From Vairimorpha necatrix (Eukaryota), in assembly GCA_036630325.1 (NCBI GenBank), contig CP142726.1:1240001-1304000 (forward strand): 64,000 nt of DNA, in the 5' to 3' direction. Under the pieces are notes generated by a model. It saw only the letters and a program-made list of their open reading frames with translations. It was not told where the DNA came from and searched no databases. Below are positions 20,633-30,779 of the stretch, piece after piece. The position numbers and the translations under genes are program-made. The first letter of the stretch is position 1. Each line of letters starts with the position of its first letter.

Positions 20633-22387
20633 ATGATTATCTCAAAAGTCGAAGAAGAAAGTCAAATGAAATCTAAAAATCATCCAAGAGTATCCAACTT
20701 TACAATAATCAAAGATGTTATATTTAATGATATGATGAAAAATTCTTTTATAAAATTTTTAATAATTCCGATAATAATTACTACTGTAATTTATACTTAC
20801 ATGGAAGTTAAAGGCAGCATGTTAATTACAGAAATCAATAAAGTCATAAAATCAGGAAACAAATCAACAGATATCCTTAGACATTACTTTCTTTACTTTT
20901 TTATTGTACTTTTATTGAGTGAAATTAATGGCGTCGTATTTACAGGAGTCGTCCAATACATTTGTAGAATTACAGCAAAATGTAATTACGAAAATTTTAT
21001 TAGTTTACCACCAGGTAAATTTAGAAAATTGGGAAGTGGAGAAATTCAAACAATAATTGAGCGAAAATCAAAAGCGACAAGTGAACTAGTAGAAATATTT
21101 ATAATCACGTTATTGCCTATTCTTTTAAAAATGAGTTTTGCTTTGTATGACATTTCAAAAGTCATAGGACCTTTGGCGGGACTAATTATGGGAATTTGTA
21201 TAATTTCTTATTCTATAATAACATTTTTAATTTCATTAAAAAGAGCTAAAATTAGAAAAGAACTAAATAAATCGGAAGCAAGAGCAGTGGATAAATTGCA
21301 AGATGGATTATCAAATCAAGAAACAATATATACTTACCAAACATTTGAATCGGAAGTAAACCGATATGATGCTGTTTTAATAGAAAATGAAAAAAAGACC
21401 AATGATCTATGGCGAATTTACTATGTTCAAAATTTTTTACAAAGACTTATTTTTATGTTTCAAACTGTCGCTATAATTTATGTGGGAATGTCTGGTCATT
21501 TAACAAATTTAATTACAACTGAAAAATTCATTTATTTTATTTCTTTGACCGGAACTGTAGCTGGAAGTCTAACAAATGTAGGATATTTATACACTAGATA
21601 TTCACAAATTATGGTTAGAATAAGATCTACCCATGACATTATGTTAAAATCAGCGAATATAGACACCAAACAAAAGGATATTAGGCATTTTCAAAGTATC
21701 ATTTGTAAAGATTTGTCTTGTTCTTACGATAGCAAATTAGTTCTCAAAAATATCAATTTAAAATTTTTTAAAGGTGAAAAAATCGCCATCATTGGCGAAA
21801 ATGGTTGCGGTAAATCAACCTTTTTGAGAGTACTTCTTGGTTTTGTTGATTATGAGGGAGAAATAATCATTAATGATGAAAACATTAATAATTGTAGTTT
21901 AAAAAATATCATTTCATATATTCCACAAAATACAAATTTGTTTAACGAAAGTGTGAAATACAACATAACGTATGGTTCAGAAAACGTATCAAATGCCCAG
22001 ATTATTGATATATGTAAAGATTTTGGTATGTTTAGAACAATAACTAATTTACAATATGGATTTGAAACTTTTGTTGGAGAAAAGGGAATATTTTTTAGTG
22101 GCGGCGAGCGGCAAAAAATTTTATTAATGCGGGCAATACTAAAAAAATCTCCCTTACTTTTTTTAGATGAGTCTACGTTTGCATTGGATCAGAAGGCCAA
22201 AAATAAAATAATGGGATTTTTATTAAATGATACTACAAAAACAGTTTTAATGGCCATCAATGAAACTGAGGTATTAAATAAATTTGATAGAATATTTTTT
22301 ATTACAAATAATAACATAGAGATAATAGATAGTGAAGATTTTAAAAATGGGAGATATTCAGATGCGCTCAAAGATTTTGTTGAATAA
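20633..22387 (+). CDS. ATM1/ABCB7-like ABC half-transporter, copy 2 (degenerate NBD)
   Basis: GENGCGKST, FSGGERQK, FLDESTFALD and MAINE (no H-switch His). Shares GSGEIQTIIERKS with its neighbours. Confidence 0.9.
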   Translation: MIISKVEEESQMKSKNHPRVSNFTIIKDVIFNDMMKNSFIKFLIIPIIITTVIYTYMEVKGSMLITEINKVIKSGNKSTDILRHYFLYFFIVLLLSEINGVVFTGVVQYICRITAKCNYENFISLPPGKFRKLGSGEIQTIIERKSKATSELVEIFIITLLPILLKMSFALYDISKVIGPLAGLIMGICIISYSIITFLISLKRAKIRKELNKSEARAVDKLQDGLSNQETIYTYQTFESEVNRYDAVLIENEKKTNDLWRIYYVQNFLQRLIFMFQTVAIIYVGMSGHLTNLITTEKFIYFISLTGTVAGSLTNVGYLYTRYSQIMVRIRSTHDIMLKSANIDTKQKDIRHFQSIICKDLSCSYDSKLVLKNINLKFFKGEKIAIIGENGCGKSTFLRVLLGFVDYEGEIIINDENINNCSLKNIISYIPQNTNLFNESVKYNITYGSENVSNAQIIDICKDFGMFRTITNLQYGFETFVGEKGIFFSGGERQKILLMRAILKKSPLLFLDESTFALDQKAKNKIMGFLLNDTTKTVLMAINETEVLNKFDRIFFITNNNIEIIDSEDFKNGRYSDALKDFVE

Positions 22388-23180
22388 ATTTTTTTATCTA
22401 TGAACTTTTCTATGAACTTTGTATTTTTTTTAAATTGATCAAAAAACCAACGTAGCGCGAATGTAATACAGTCATTAGATGCAGAGAGAGACGAGGATCT
22501 AATATCAGCAATCTATGTCGTCATCTTAATAAACATATTCGTCGACAAAGCAACTTTTTTATAAAAACTATTAAAAAAGTATTTTAAACTTAAAATATTT
22601 AAAGCACGTTGTTATATAAAGCAAACATCATACAAATATGAAAAATGACGAGTTTATTGGTTTTTTATTAGATCATAAAGAAGATTGTAACAAGAAATTA
22701 TATCAATTGGCAGCTTTAAAATCGATAATTTAGTGGGTAAAATTTATCACGTCATTAGATACATAAGGCTTCATTTTTTAACATCAAAAAATTAATACAA
22801 GGCCAGGTAATAGCTCTAATTGTAATTTTTAATCAGTTTTTTTACAATCAAAGCCTTTTGGATAATCTGATGCCATTATTGATAAAATATTAAAATTGAA
22901 AAAATGAATAACGCATAGGTATACGATTGATATCCTTTTCGTAGACACTATAATGATTTAAAACATAGTCAAAATAAATGTTTTACATTTGTTTATTTCA
23001 TTTATTTGTTAAATATTTAAAATTATAAAAAAAGACAAAACTGCCTTTTCAATAATTTTACTAAAAATTTGTTCTTAAAAATTCTTCAATTTTTTATAAA
23101 TTTTTTTTTTCAATTTCAAACATTTATTTTTTTTTCGTTTTATCTTATTGAATAAAAATTACATTTTTACCCAAAACAAA

Positions 23181-24905
23181 ATGAAAAAGATTTCAAACAC
23201 GGAAATTATCAAAGACATTCTAATGAATAATCTTATAAGATCCGAAGCACTAAAACTCATAGTAATACCAATCCTAATATCTACAGTAATATATTCAATC
23301 TTAGAAATTACAATAAGTAACAGACTAAAAGAATTAAACGCTGCTGTAGAGATGAAATCGGGCGAAATATCCGCACTGAAAAAATATGTAATACAAATTT
23401 TGATAGTAGCAATTTTAACCGAAGTAAACGGATTTGTGTTTACTAGTGTTGTTCAATATATTTACAGAACTATGTCTAAATCATCATTTAGGTTGTTTGT
23501 CAGTCTCCCGCCAGCACAATTTAATAAATTTGGTGGCGGAGAAATTCAGACTATCATAGAAAGAAAATCAAGATCAGCAAGTGAACTCATTGAAATTTTT
23601 GTAACTAATTTGTTGCCGATCATTTTAAAAATATCGTTTACTTTGTTTTCCGTTATTAATAATATGGGCAGTTTTGCTGGTTATATAATGAGTATATGTG
23701 TGTTCATTTACGGAGCACTTACGATTGGAATAGCGATATGGAGAGCGAATATAAGACGAGAGCTTAATAAAGCAGAAAATAGTACCTGTAATAAATTACA
23801 AGATAGTTTGATAAATCATGAGACTATTGTAACTTCTAGAACCGTAGAATATGAAGTACAAAAATACGACGAATATCTAATGAAAAATGAAAATATTTCC
23901 ACTAAATTGTGGCGCGCCTTTTATGTTTTGAATTTATTTCAAAGGATAATATTTTTACTGCAAAGTTCTTTAATAATCTATGCCGGCTTGTTAGGTTATT
24001 TGTATTACGATTTATCACCAAGTCAGTTATTGTTTTTAACGTCGATCGTAGCAACTTTGGCTAATAATTTAGGCAATGTGGGATATTTGTATACTCGATA
24101 TACTCAGGCTATTATAAATGCAAGAGCTACATATGACACAATATCTGAAATAAAAGAAGAGATAAAAGACAAAGAATTGTACGGTTTCAAAAAAAATATA
24201 AAATTTTCTAAAATTTTTTTTAATTATGAAAATAGAAAAGTTTTTGAAAACGTAAATTTTGAAATAAAAAAAGGTGAGAAAATCGCGATAATCGGCAAAA
24301 ATGGCAGCGGTAAATCCACATTAATGAAATTATTCCTTAAATTTGAATCTTATAATGGTAGTATTTTTATAGATGATATTAATATACAAGATATAAAAGA
24401 AGATTCTTTTAGAAATTTAATAGGTTATATACCACAAAATACATTTTTATTTAATGAGACAGTTAAGTATAACATAAAATATGGACTTGAAAATGTAACA
24501 GACGAAGAAATATTTTCTTTATGTAAGAAATTTTGTCTATTTGAAGTATTTTCTAATCTTGAAAATGGATTTGACACGAACGTAGGTGAACGAGGAAAAT
24601 TATTAAGTGGTGGAGAAAAGCAAAAAATTTTATTAATGCGCGCAATGTTGAGAAAAAAAGAGATAATGATTTTAGACGAGCCTACAGCAGCTTTAGACAA
24701 AGAATCAGAGAAAAATATTATAGAGTTAATTTTAGAAGATAAAGAACGAACAGTTATGATGATTATCCATAATTTAGAATTGGTTAACAAATTTGATACG
24801 ATTTTATACATTAACGATAAAAATATTCAGAAGTTTAAACCCGAATTAGTTAACAGGCAAGATAGTGGTAAAGATTTTAGTGAAGTGGTAGATATAAAAA
24901 TATAA
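23181..24905 (+). CDS. ATM1/ABCB7-like ABC half-transporter, copy 3
   Basis: GKNGSGKST, LSGGEKQK, ILDEPTAALD and IIHNL. Start placed at the ATG after CCC. Confidence 0.9.
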   Translation: MKKISNTEIIKDILMNNLIRSEALKLIVIPILISTVIYSILEITISNRLKELNAAVEMKSGEISALKKYVIQILIVAILTEVNGFVFTSVVQYIYRTMSKSSFRLFVSLPPAQFNKFGGGEIQTIIERKSRSASELIEIFVTNLLPIILKISFTLFSVINNMGSFAGYIMSICVFIYGALTIGIAIWRANIRRELNKAENSTCNKLQDSLINHETIVTSRTVEYEVQKYDEYLMKNENISTKLWRAFYVLNLFQRIIFLLQSSLIIYAGLLGYLYYDLSPSQLLFLTSIVATLANNLGNVGYLYTRYTQAIINARATYDTISEIKEEIKDKELYGFKKNIKFSKIFFNYENRKVFENVNFEIKKGEKIAIIGKNGSGKSTLMKLFLKFESYNGSIFIDDINIQDIKEDSFRNLIGYIPQNTFLFNETVKYNIKYGLENVTDEEIFSLCKKFCLFEVFSNLENGFDTNVGERGKLLSGGEKQKILLMRAMLRKKEIMILDEPTAALDKESEKNIIELILEDKERTVMMIIHNLELVNKFDTILYINDKNIQKFKPELVNRQDSGKDFSEVVDIKI

Positions 24906-24992
24906 ATTAAATTTTTATTATTAAAAAAATTTATTAGTGTTCTCATCATCTAAATATATATTTACAAAATTCATTTTTTTTAAAAAAATATT

Positions 24993-25016
24993 CGCTCCTG
25001 GAGAGACTCGAACTCT

Positions 25017-25049
<33 letters not shown>

Positions 25050-25065
25050 ATTGCGCCACAGAAGC
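24993..25065 (-). tRNA. tRNA-Asn(GTT)
   Basis: GCTTCTGTGGCGCAATGGTTAGCGCGTTCGGCTGTTAACCGAAAGGTTGAGAGTTCGAGTCTCTCCAGGAGCG folds as a cloverleaf. T-run downstream. Confidence 0.97.
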
Positions 25066-25135
25066 TTGATAAGCTTCAAGAACAAGTTTTTATTGTAACA
25101 AAACATATTAAAATTAAAAACCGTTAAACCGTCTA

Positions 25136-28100
25136 ATGCAATCTGAAAAAAGTAAAGAATTAATAAAAATTTTTTTTAAAGAAAAAGGACTAGCGAGACA
25201 ACATATCGAGTCTTTTAATTATTTTATAAATCACGATATAGCAAATATAGTTAAAGCTAATGACATTGTAGATTCAGATATTGATCATACATTTTATTTG
25301 AAGTATACTAATGTCAGAGTAAGCATGCCAAGTTTAGAAGAAAACATGATTAAGCACACGCTGTACCCGATGGAATGCCGACTTAGAGATCTTACCTATG
25401 CCAGTAATCTCTACGTTGACATAGAATACGTAAGAAATAAACAGATTTTAAAGAAAAAAGATGTATTTATGGGAAGAATACCAATAATGTTACAAAGCGA
25501 CAAATGCCTACTAAAGCCTAAAGATAATCAAATTAAATTAAGCGAAGAAAGCCGAGACACTAAAATGTTCCTTTCTCAAGAATGTCCATATGATATTGGT
25601 GGATATTTTATTGTACGAGGAATCGAAAAGGTCATTTTGATACAAGAGCAATTATCAAAAAATAGAATTATAATAGAAAACGGACCAAAGGGATTTTATT
25701 CGTCAATGACGAGTTCGACTCACGAACAAAAATCCAAGACGTCTGTTATTTTGAAAAATGACTGTTATTATTTAGTAAATTCGTCTTTTACTGAAGAAGT
25801 GCCAGTTATAGCAGTCATAAAAGCTTGTAATATGATTTCTGATCGCGAAATTGTAGAATGCGTCGGCAAAGAATTTTCTGATTTGATCACTTTAAGTTTT
25901 GAAGAAATTTACAAACAAAAAATTCACACAGCCAAACAGGCAGCTTTATACTTGTCAGGCTTTGTGAAATTAAAAGCTGATGCAGATAAAATTGAAGTAG
26001 TCAGAAATTTGCTAGTAGAAAAAGTCCTACCTAATATTAAATTCGAAGGTGTCGATTTGAAAAATAAAGGTATAATGATTTGTCTAATGATTAGAAGATT
26101 AATTTTTACACAACAAGATATTCTCGCCGAAGAAGACAAAGATTTTATGGGCAACAAAAGATTTGAGTTGGCAGGCCAGCTACTTTCGATTTTATTTGAA
26201 GATTCGTTTAAGAAGTTTAATTGGGAATTAAAAAGATCAATAGATAAAATTTTGACGAAAAGATCGAGAGCTCAAGAATTTGATGCTCTAACTTTTTTTA
26301 ATTTACAGACTAATATCATAACTTCAAGTATGCAGAGAGCGATATCTTCCGGTAATTGGAATTTGAAGAGGTTTAGAATGGACAGAAGTGGTGTGACTCA
26401 TGTTTTAATAAGGCATTCTTACATTAGTGCGGTGGGAATGATGACAAAGGTAAATTCGCATTTCGAAAAAACTCGGAAGATCAGCGGACCAAGAGCTCTA
26501 CACACAAGCTCATGGGGCATGTTTTGTCCCGCTGATACGCCCGAAGGAGAGTCTTGTGGGTTGGTAAAAAATCTATCACTTTTGGCCGAAGTTACAACTG
26601 ACAGTGAACTTGAGCCAATTGTCAAAGTTTTAAGTTATTTGGGTTTATTACAAACCAGTTTACTTTATACGTACGAGTTTAGTAGGAAAAATATGTACTT
26701 GGTTTTTTTAAATGGCGACATTTTTGGAGCTACTAAAAGCTGTCAAAATTTAGTAGATAATTTCAGGAAATACAGAAGAAAAGGAGTGATTAACAAATAC
26801 GTGTCGATTTATATTGACGAGAAATTGAAGAGTATCAATATTGCGGCCGATAATGGTCGGCTTTGTAGACCTCTAATTATTATTACAGAAGAAATTAGGA
26901 AGAAATTGCGTACTAATCCAAATGAATTTATTATAAGCGATTTAGAAATGAAATACAAGTCATTTGACGATTTAATTGAAGATGGTCGTATTGAATATTT
27001 GGACGCCAACGAGGAAAATGATGCTTTGATAGCCATGAAAATAGAAGATATAAATGAGAAGACTACACACTTAGAAGTAGCGGATTTCGCCATTTTAGGC
27101 TATGTTGCAGGCTTGATCCCATTTCCTAATCATAATCAGAGTCCTAGAAATACTTACCAATGTGCTATGGGAAAACAAGCAATTGGCTACATCGCATTAA
27201 ATAGTAGAAAAAGATTCGACGGAATAAATCTGCAGCTTTCTAATACACAAAGACCTTTGACTACGACTCAAATATTAAATATTACAGATTATAATAAAAT
27301 ACCCGCGGGCCAAAATGCCATGGTGGCAGTCATGAGCTATTCTGGCTATGACATAGAAGACGCACTGGTCGTCAATAAAGATTCACTTGACCGAGGATTC
27401 GCTCGGACAGAAGTTTACAAAACAAATACTTTTGTACTTAAGAAATACGCAGACAACAGATCGGACGTCCTTCTAGCCGATCCTAAAAATCATGTCTTGG
27501 ACAAGGATGGAATTGGCAAGCCGGGGGAACTTCTCGTAGATGGTACAATTTATATAAATCGAAGCTCGCCATGCGACGAAGGATATAAATTTTCGGGTGG
27601 AGTTCATAAAGGCGCTCCTGTGTTTATTGACAAAGTTCTTGTCACCAAGTCAGAAGACCAAACATTAATAAAAATTTGTCTTAGACAAACAAGAGTGCCA
27701 GAAATTGGAGACAAGTTTAGTAGCCGACATGGTCAAAAGGGAGTTGTAGGCTTAATCGTCCCACAAGTCGATATGCCATTTACAGATTCTGGTATGGTCC
27801 CAGATATTATTATGAATCCACATGGATTCCCTTCGAGAATGACAGTAGGCAAAATTATTGAATTATTGACAGGTAAAGCGGGCGTCATAGGCGGAGGAAT
27901 TTCCGACGCTACAATTTTTAAAAAAAATGAAGTAGATTTGGCCTGCGAATTACTAGTAAAAAATGGATTTAATTATGGAGGCAAGGACTGTTTTTACAGT
28001 GGCACGTCTGGCGAACCACTTTACGCTTATATTTATTATGGTCCAGTTTTCTATCAAAGGCTCAAGCACATGGTCGCCGATAAAATTCACATGCGAGCAC

Positions 28101-28417
28101 GCGGCCCGAGGGCGATTTTGACGAGACAGCCTACAGAGGGCAGAAGTAAAGACGGAGGACTGAGACTAGGAGAAATGGAAAGAGATTGTCTAATTGGATA
28201 CGGTGCATCTTCTTTGATAGTAGAAAGGTTGATGGAATCTTCTGATGTTTTCGAAACATTTTGTTGCAAAAATTGTGGTATTTTAGTTTCTAAAAAAGGG
28301 TGTAATGTATGTAATGACGTCAATCCGCTTTCGATTAGACTTCCTTATGCTTGTAAACTTCTTTTCCAGGAATTGATGTCTATGAATATTTTACCAAAAT
28401 TGGAGTTAAAAAATTAA
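25136..28417 (+). CDS. RPC2: RNA polymerase III second-largest subunit
   Basis: GNKRFELAGQLLSILFED, CPADTPEGESCGLVKNL, HNQSPRNTYQCAMGKQA, GDKFSSRHGQKG and GGLRLGEMERD. The details fit Rpc2 (Ret1) rather than Rpb2. Confidence 0.93.
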   Translation: MQSEKSKELIKIFFKEKGLARQHIESFNYFINHDIANIVKANDIVDSDIDHTFYLKYTNVRVSMPSLEENMIKHTLYPMECRLRDLTYASNLYVDIEYVRNKQILKKKDVFMGRIPIMLQSDKCLLKPKDNQIKLSEESRDTKMFLSQECPYDIGGYFIVRGIEKVILIQEQLSKNRIIIENGPKGFYSSMTSSTHEQKSKTSVILKNDCYYLVNSSFTEEVPVIAVIKACNMISDREIVECVGKEFSDLITLSFEEIYKQKIHTAKQAALYLSGFVKLKADADKIEVVRNLLVEKVLPNIKFEGVDLKNKGIMICLMIRRLIFTQQDILAEEDKDFMGNKRFELAGQLLSILFEDSFKKFNWELKRSIDKILTKRSRAQEFDALTFFNLQTNIITSSMQRAISSGNWNLKRFRMDRSGVTHVLIRHSYISAVGMMTKVNSHFEKTRKISGPRALHTSSWGMFCPADTPEGESCGLVKNLSLLAEVTTDSELEPIVKVLSYLGLLQTSLLYTYEFSRKNMYLVFLNGDIFGATKSCQNLVDNFRKYRRKGVINKYVSIYIDEKLKSINIAADNGRLCRPLIIITEEIRKKLRTNPNEFIISDLEMKYKSFDDLIEDGRIEYLDANEENDALIAMKIEDINEKTTHLEVADFAILGYVAGLIPFPNHNQSPRNTYQCAMGKQAIGYIALNSRKRFDGINLQLSNTQRPLTTTQILNITDYNKIPAGQNAMVAVMSYSGYDIEDALVVNKDSLDRGFARTEVYKTNTFVLKKYADNRSDVLLADPKNHVLDKDGIGKPGELLVDGTIYINRSSPCDEGYKFSGGVHKGAPVFIDKVLVTKSEDQTLIKICLRQTRVPEIGDKFSSRHGQKGVVGLIVPQVDMPFTDSGMVPDIIMNPHGFPSRMTVGKIIELLTGKAGVIGGGISDATIFKKNEVDLACELLVKNGFNYGGKDCFYSGTSGEPLYAYIYYGPVFYQRLKHMVADKIHMRARGPRAILTRQPTEGRSKDGGLRLGEMERDCLIGYGASSLIVERLMESSDVFETFCCKNCGILVSKKGCNVCNDVNPLSIRLPYACKLLFQELMSMNILPKLELKN

Positions 28418-28526
28418 ATTTTAGATAAAATTTTTAATTTTTTTTTGTTTAAGATAAAGGCTATGGTTGGAATAATTTAAATTTGTAAAAATTTTAAAAT
28501 GCCAAAACATTCGATTTTTTTAACCC

Positions 28527-29519
28527 ATGATTTTACAAATTGCCTATTCACAGTCTTTTGACATTGAAAACATAAAATCTTTTTTTAAACTTTTTTCGTC
28601 TCCCGAAGATAAAATTTTATTCAAGGAAACGCACATTGAAGTTTCAAACGTAAAAAAGACTAAAATAGAAAAAGATTTAGAAACTATAATTACTAAAATC
28701 AATACTAAGGAATCTATAGAAGTTTACACTATCGTAGTGAATTCTTCTATAATTTTTTCATTTTTTTCTAAAGATGAAGTGAATTCGCAGGACGAGATTC
28801 CTTCTCTTCTTTGTAGACACATTGCTTACCATTTTGGGTTCAGCGAATGTCGATGCGGTGGATTTACAGTAAAAAATAAAGAAAATAATAAAATCCAAGT
28901 AGAAGAAACAATTTACATTAAAAATGATGTTAATTTTATTATTCCGTCGTCTTTGACATTTGTCAAGTCTGATAAAAGGACAAGAGAAGATTCTGTAAAT
29001 TTTAATTTTAAAAATGAGTTTAAGACGACTTCGTCTATTTTGTATTCAATTTTGTCTTGTAAAGAAGTGCATTTCAAATCAAATGACGTTTCTTTTTGGC
29101 TCAAAAGAAATGAAACATCTTATGTAATTTATTGTGATAAAAAGAACGAGAACATGTTCACGAGGATATGTGCGGACAAAGAGACAGAATTATCAAATTT
29201 CCTGGTTCAGAATACAAATTCGATGGCTAAAAAATTGACTAAATTTTATACAAAAAAAGACTTGAGTTTTTTAAGCACTTTTATGAGTAAAAAGAAGACG
29301 TTTGAAAAAGAGTGCGATTTTTTGTGGTCTTTTTTATGCGTCGTGCCAAAATTTGACGATAATCGCGACGCGATTACAGAAAAATTGACTGAGATTTTCA
29401 GGAAAATTAAGCAAGAAAAACACGTAAGAAGAAAAGGCGAATATTTAGAATTGAAAGAAGAAAGATTTGTAGATAGTTTAAAATTCAATTCTTTAAAAAG
29501 ATTTTATTATCTACCATGA
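28527..29519 (+). CDS. Hypothetical protein, 330 aa
   Basis: Long ORF in the gene-dense core with CCC directly before the ATG. No family recognised. Confidence 0.8.
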   Translation: MILQIAYSQSFDIENIKSFFKLFSSPEDKILFKETHIEVSNVKKTKIEKDLETIITKINTKESIEVYTIVVNSSIIFSFFSKDEVNSQDEIPSLLCRHIAYHFGFSECRCGGFTVKNKENNKIQVEETIYIKNDVNFIIPSSLTFVKSDKRTREDSVNFNFKNEFKTTSSILYSILSCKEVHFKSNDVSFWLKRNETSYVIYCDKKNENMFTRICADKETELSNFLVQNTNSMAKKLTKFYTKKDLSFLSTFMSKKKTFEKECDFLWSFLCVVPKFDDNRDAITEKLTEIFRKIKQEKHVRRKGEYLELKEERFVDSLKFNSLKRFYYLP

Positions 29520-29742
29520 CAATAAATTAATCTAATTATATTAGACTAAATATATTTTTTGATTTTTCATTATATTATGTTGAAGAAAATTAACAAGCAA
29601 AAGGCGTTTATTTATTAAAATTATAAAGGCACCAGCGTATTAACTTTTTTTTAGAGAGTTTCAATTCATTTTTAGCAATGTTTTAGATTTTTTAAGCATT
29701 GCTAATAACATTTAAAATAAAAAACTTGCATTTTTTTTACCC

Positions 29743-30042
29743 ATGCCCGATAAAACTTTTGAAAAAGAATTGGAATTTGTTCAATTACTTTGCAATCCTG
29801 ATTACCTAAAGTGGTTATATGAACAAGGCTATTTTGAAGACCAATCATTTATAAATTTATTAAATCATCTTGTTTACTGGAAACAAGACAATTATAAAAG
29901 ATATCTTACTTATCCATACTGCCTAGAAATTCTCGGCATTTTGCTCAAAGATGACGTAGTCCAGATATTAGAGGACGAGTCTTTTTATGCTAAAATTGCC
30001 CAAGATCAACTTTTATCATGGAAAAGTAGAAAAAATGAATAA
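29743..30042 (+). CDS. MED31: Mediator subunit Med31/Soh1
   Basis: FEKELEFVQLLCNPDYL..L...GYF...FINLL.HL.YWK...Y..YLTYP.CL. Confidence 0.95.
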   Translation: MPDKTFEKELEFVQLLCNPDYLKWLYEQGYFEDQSFINLLNHLVYWKQDNYKRYLTYPYCLEILGILLKDDVVQILEDESFYAKIAQDQLLSWKSRKNE

Positions 30043-30054
30043 GAAAATACCCCC

Positions 30055-30288
30055 ATGAAAATAAACGTAAAAACATTGTCAGGGGAAGATTTAGAAATTG
30101 ACATAGATTTGGGGGCGACTGTGCTAGATTTGAAGAAATGTATAGAATTAAAAGCAGGGATTTCTGTGGAACAACAAAGACTAGTTTATAATGGGAAATT
30201 GATAGAATCAAATGGAGACTTATTGAAAGATCAGAATTTACAAAATAGGAGTGTAGTTCATATGGTGATAGCCTACAGAGGAGGATAA
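30055..30288 (+). CDS. Ubiquitin-like modifier, probably NEDD8/Rub1
   Basis: 77-aa ubiquitin fold: MKINVKTLSG, GI..EQQRL.Y.GK, ending VHMVIAYRGG. Confidence 0.8.
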   Translation: MKINVKTLSGEDLEIDIDLGATVLDLKKCIELKAGISVEQQRLVYNGKLIESNGDLLKDQNLQNRSVVHMVIAYRGG

Positions 30289-30389
30289 ATAAAAAAGTAA
30301 ATGTTTATTAAATTTTTATGCAAAAATAAAAAGGGTGCAAAAATATAAAAATGAGGCTAAAATATAAAAATTGTGCAAAAATATAAAAA

Positions 30390-30471
30390 TGGTGCAAGTA
30401 GGATTTGAACCCACGCCCTGTTACGGACTGGAGCCTAATTCCAGCGCCTTAGACCACTCGGCCATTGCACC
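30390..30471 (-). tRNA. tRNA-Leu(TAG)
   Basis: GGTGCAATGGCCGAGTGGTCTAAGGCGCTGGAATTAGGCTCCAGTCCGTAACAGGGCGTGGGTTCAAATCCTACTTGCACCA. Long variable arm. Confidence 0.95.
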
Positions 30472-30779
30472 TTGTAAAATAAGAAATATATATTAAAATT
30501 CTTCTGTAAGTTTTGTATGATAATTAGATCGATTTATTGAAAAACATCAATGTAATTAGAAGAACTATTCATATTTTCTACGTGCAACCCTTCATTGATT
30601 TATGTTTTGAAAGGTTTTTAGTTTGTCAAAACAATACGAAAAGTTAAAATAATTCCAACACAAAAAAAGAAAATTCATTTTATTTTTACATCTTAAAGTT
30701 AACACTATCTGCTTTTAAATGATTAACCTCAAAACTTAAAAAATATTATAACGTTAAATTTTTGATAAAATTTTTTTAT

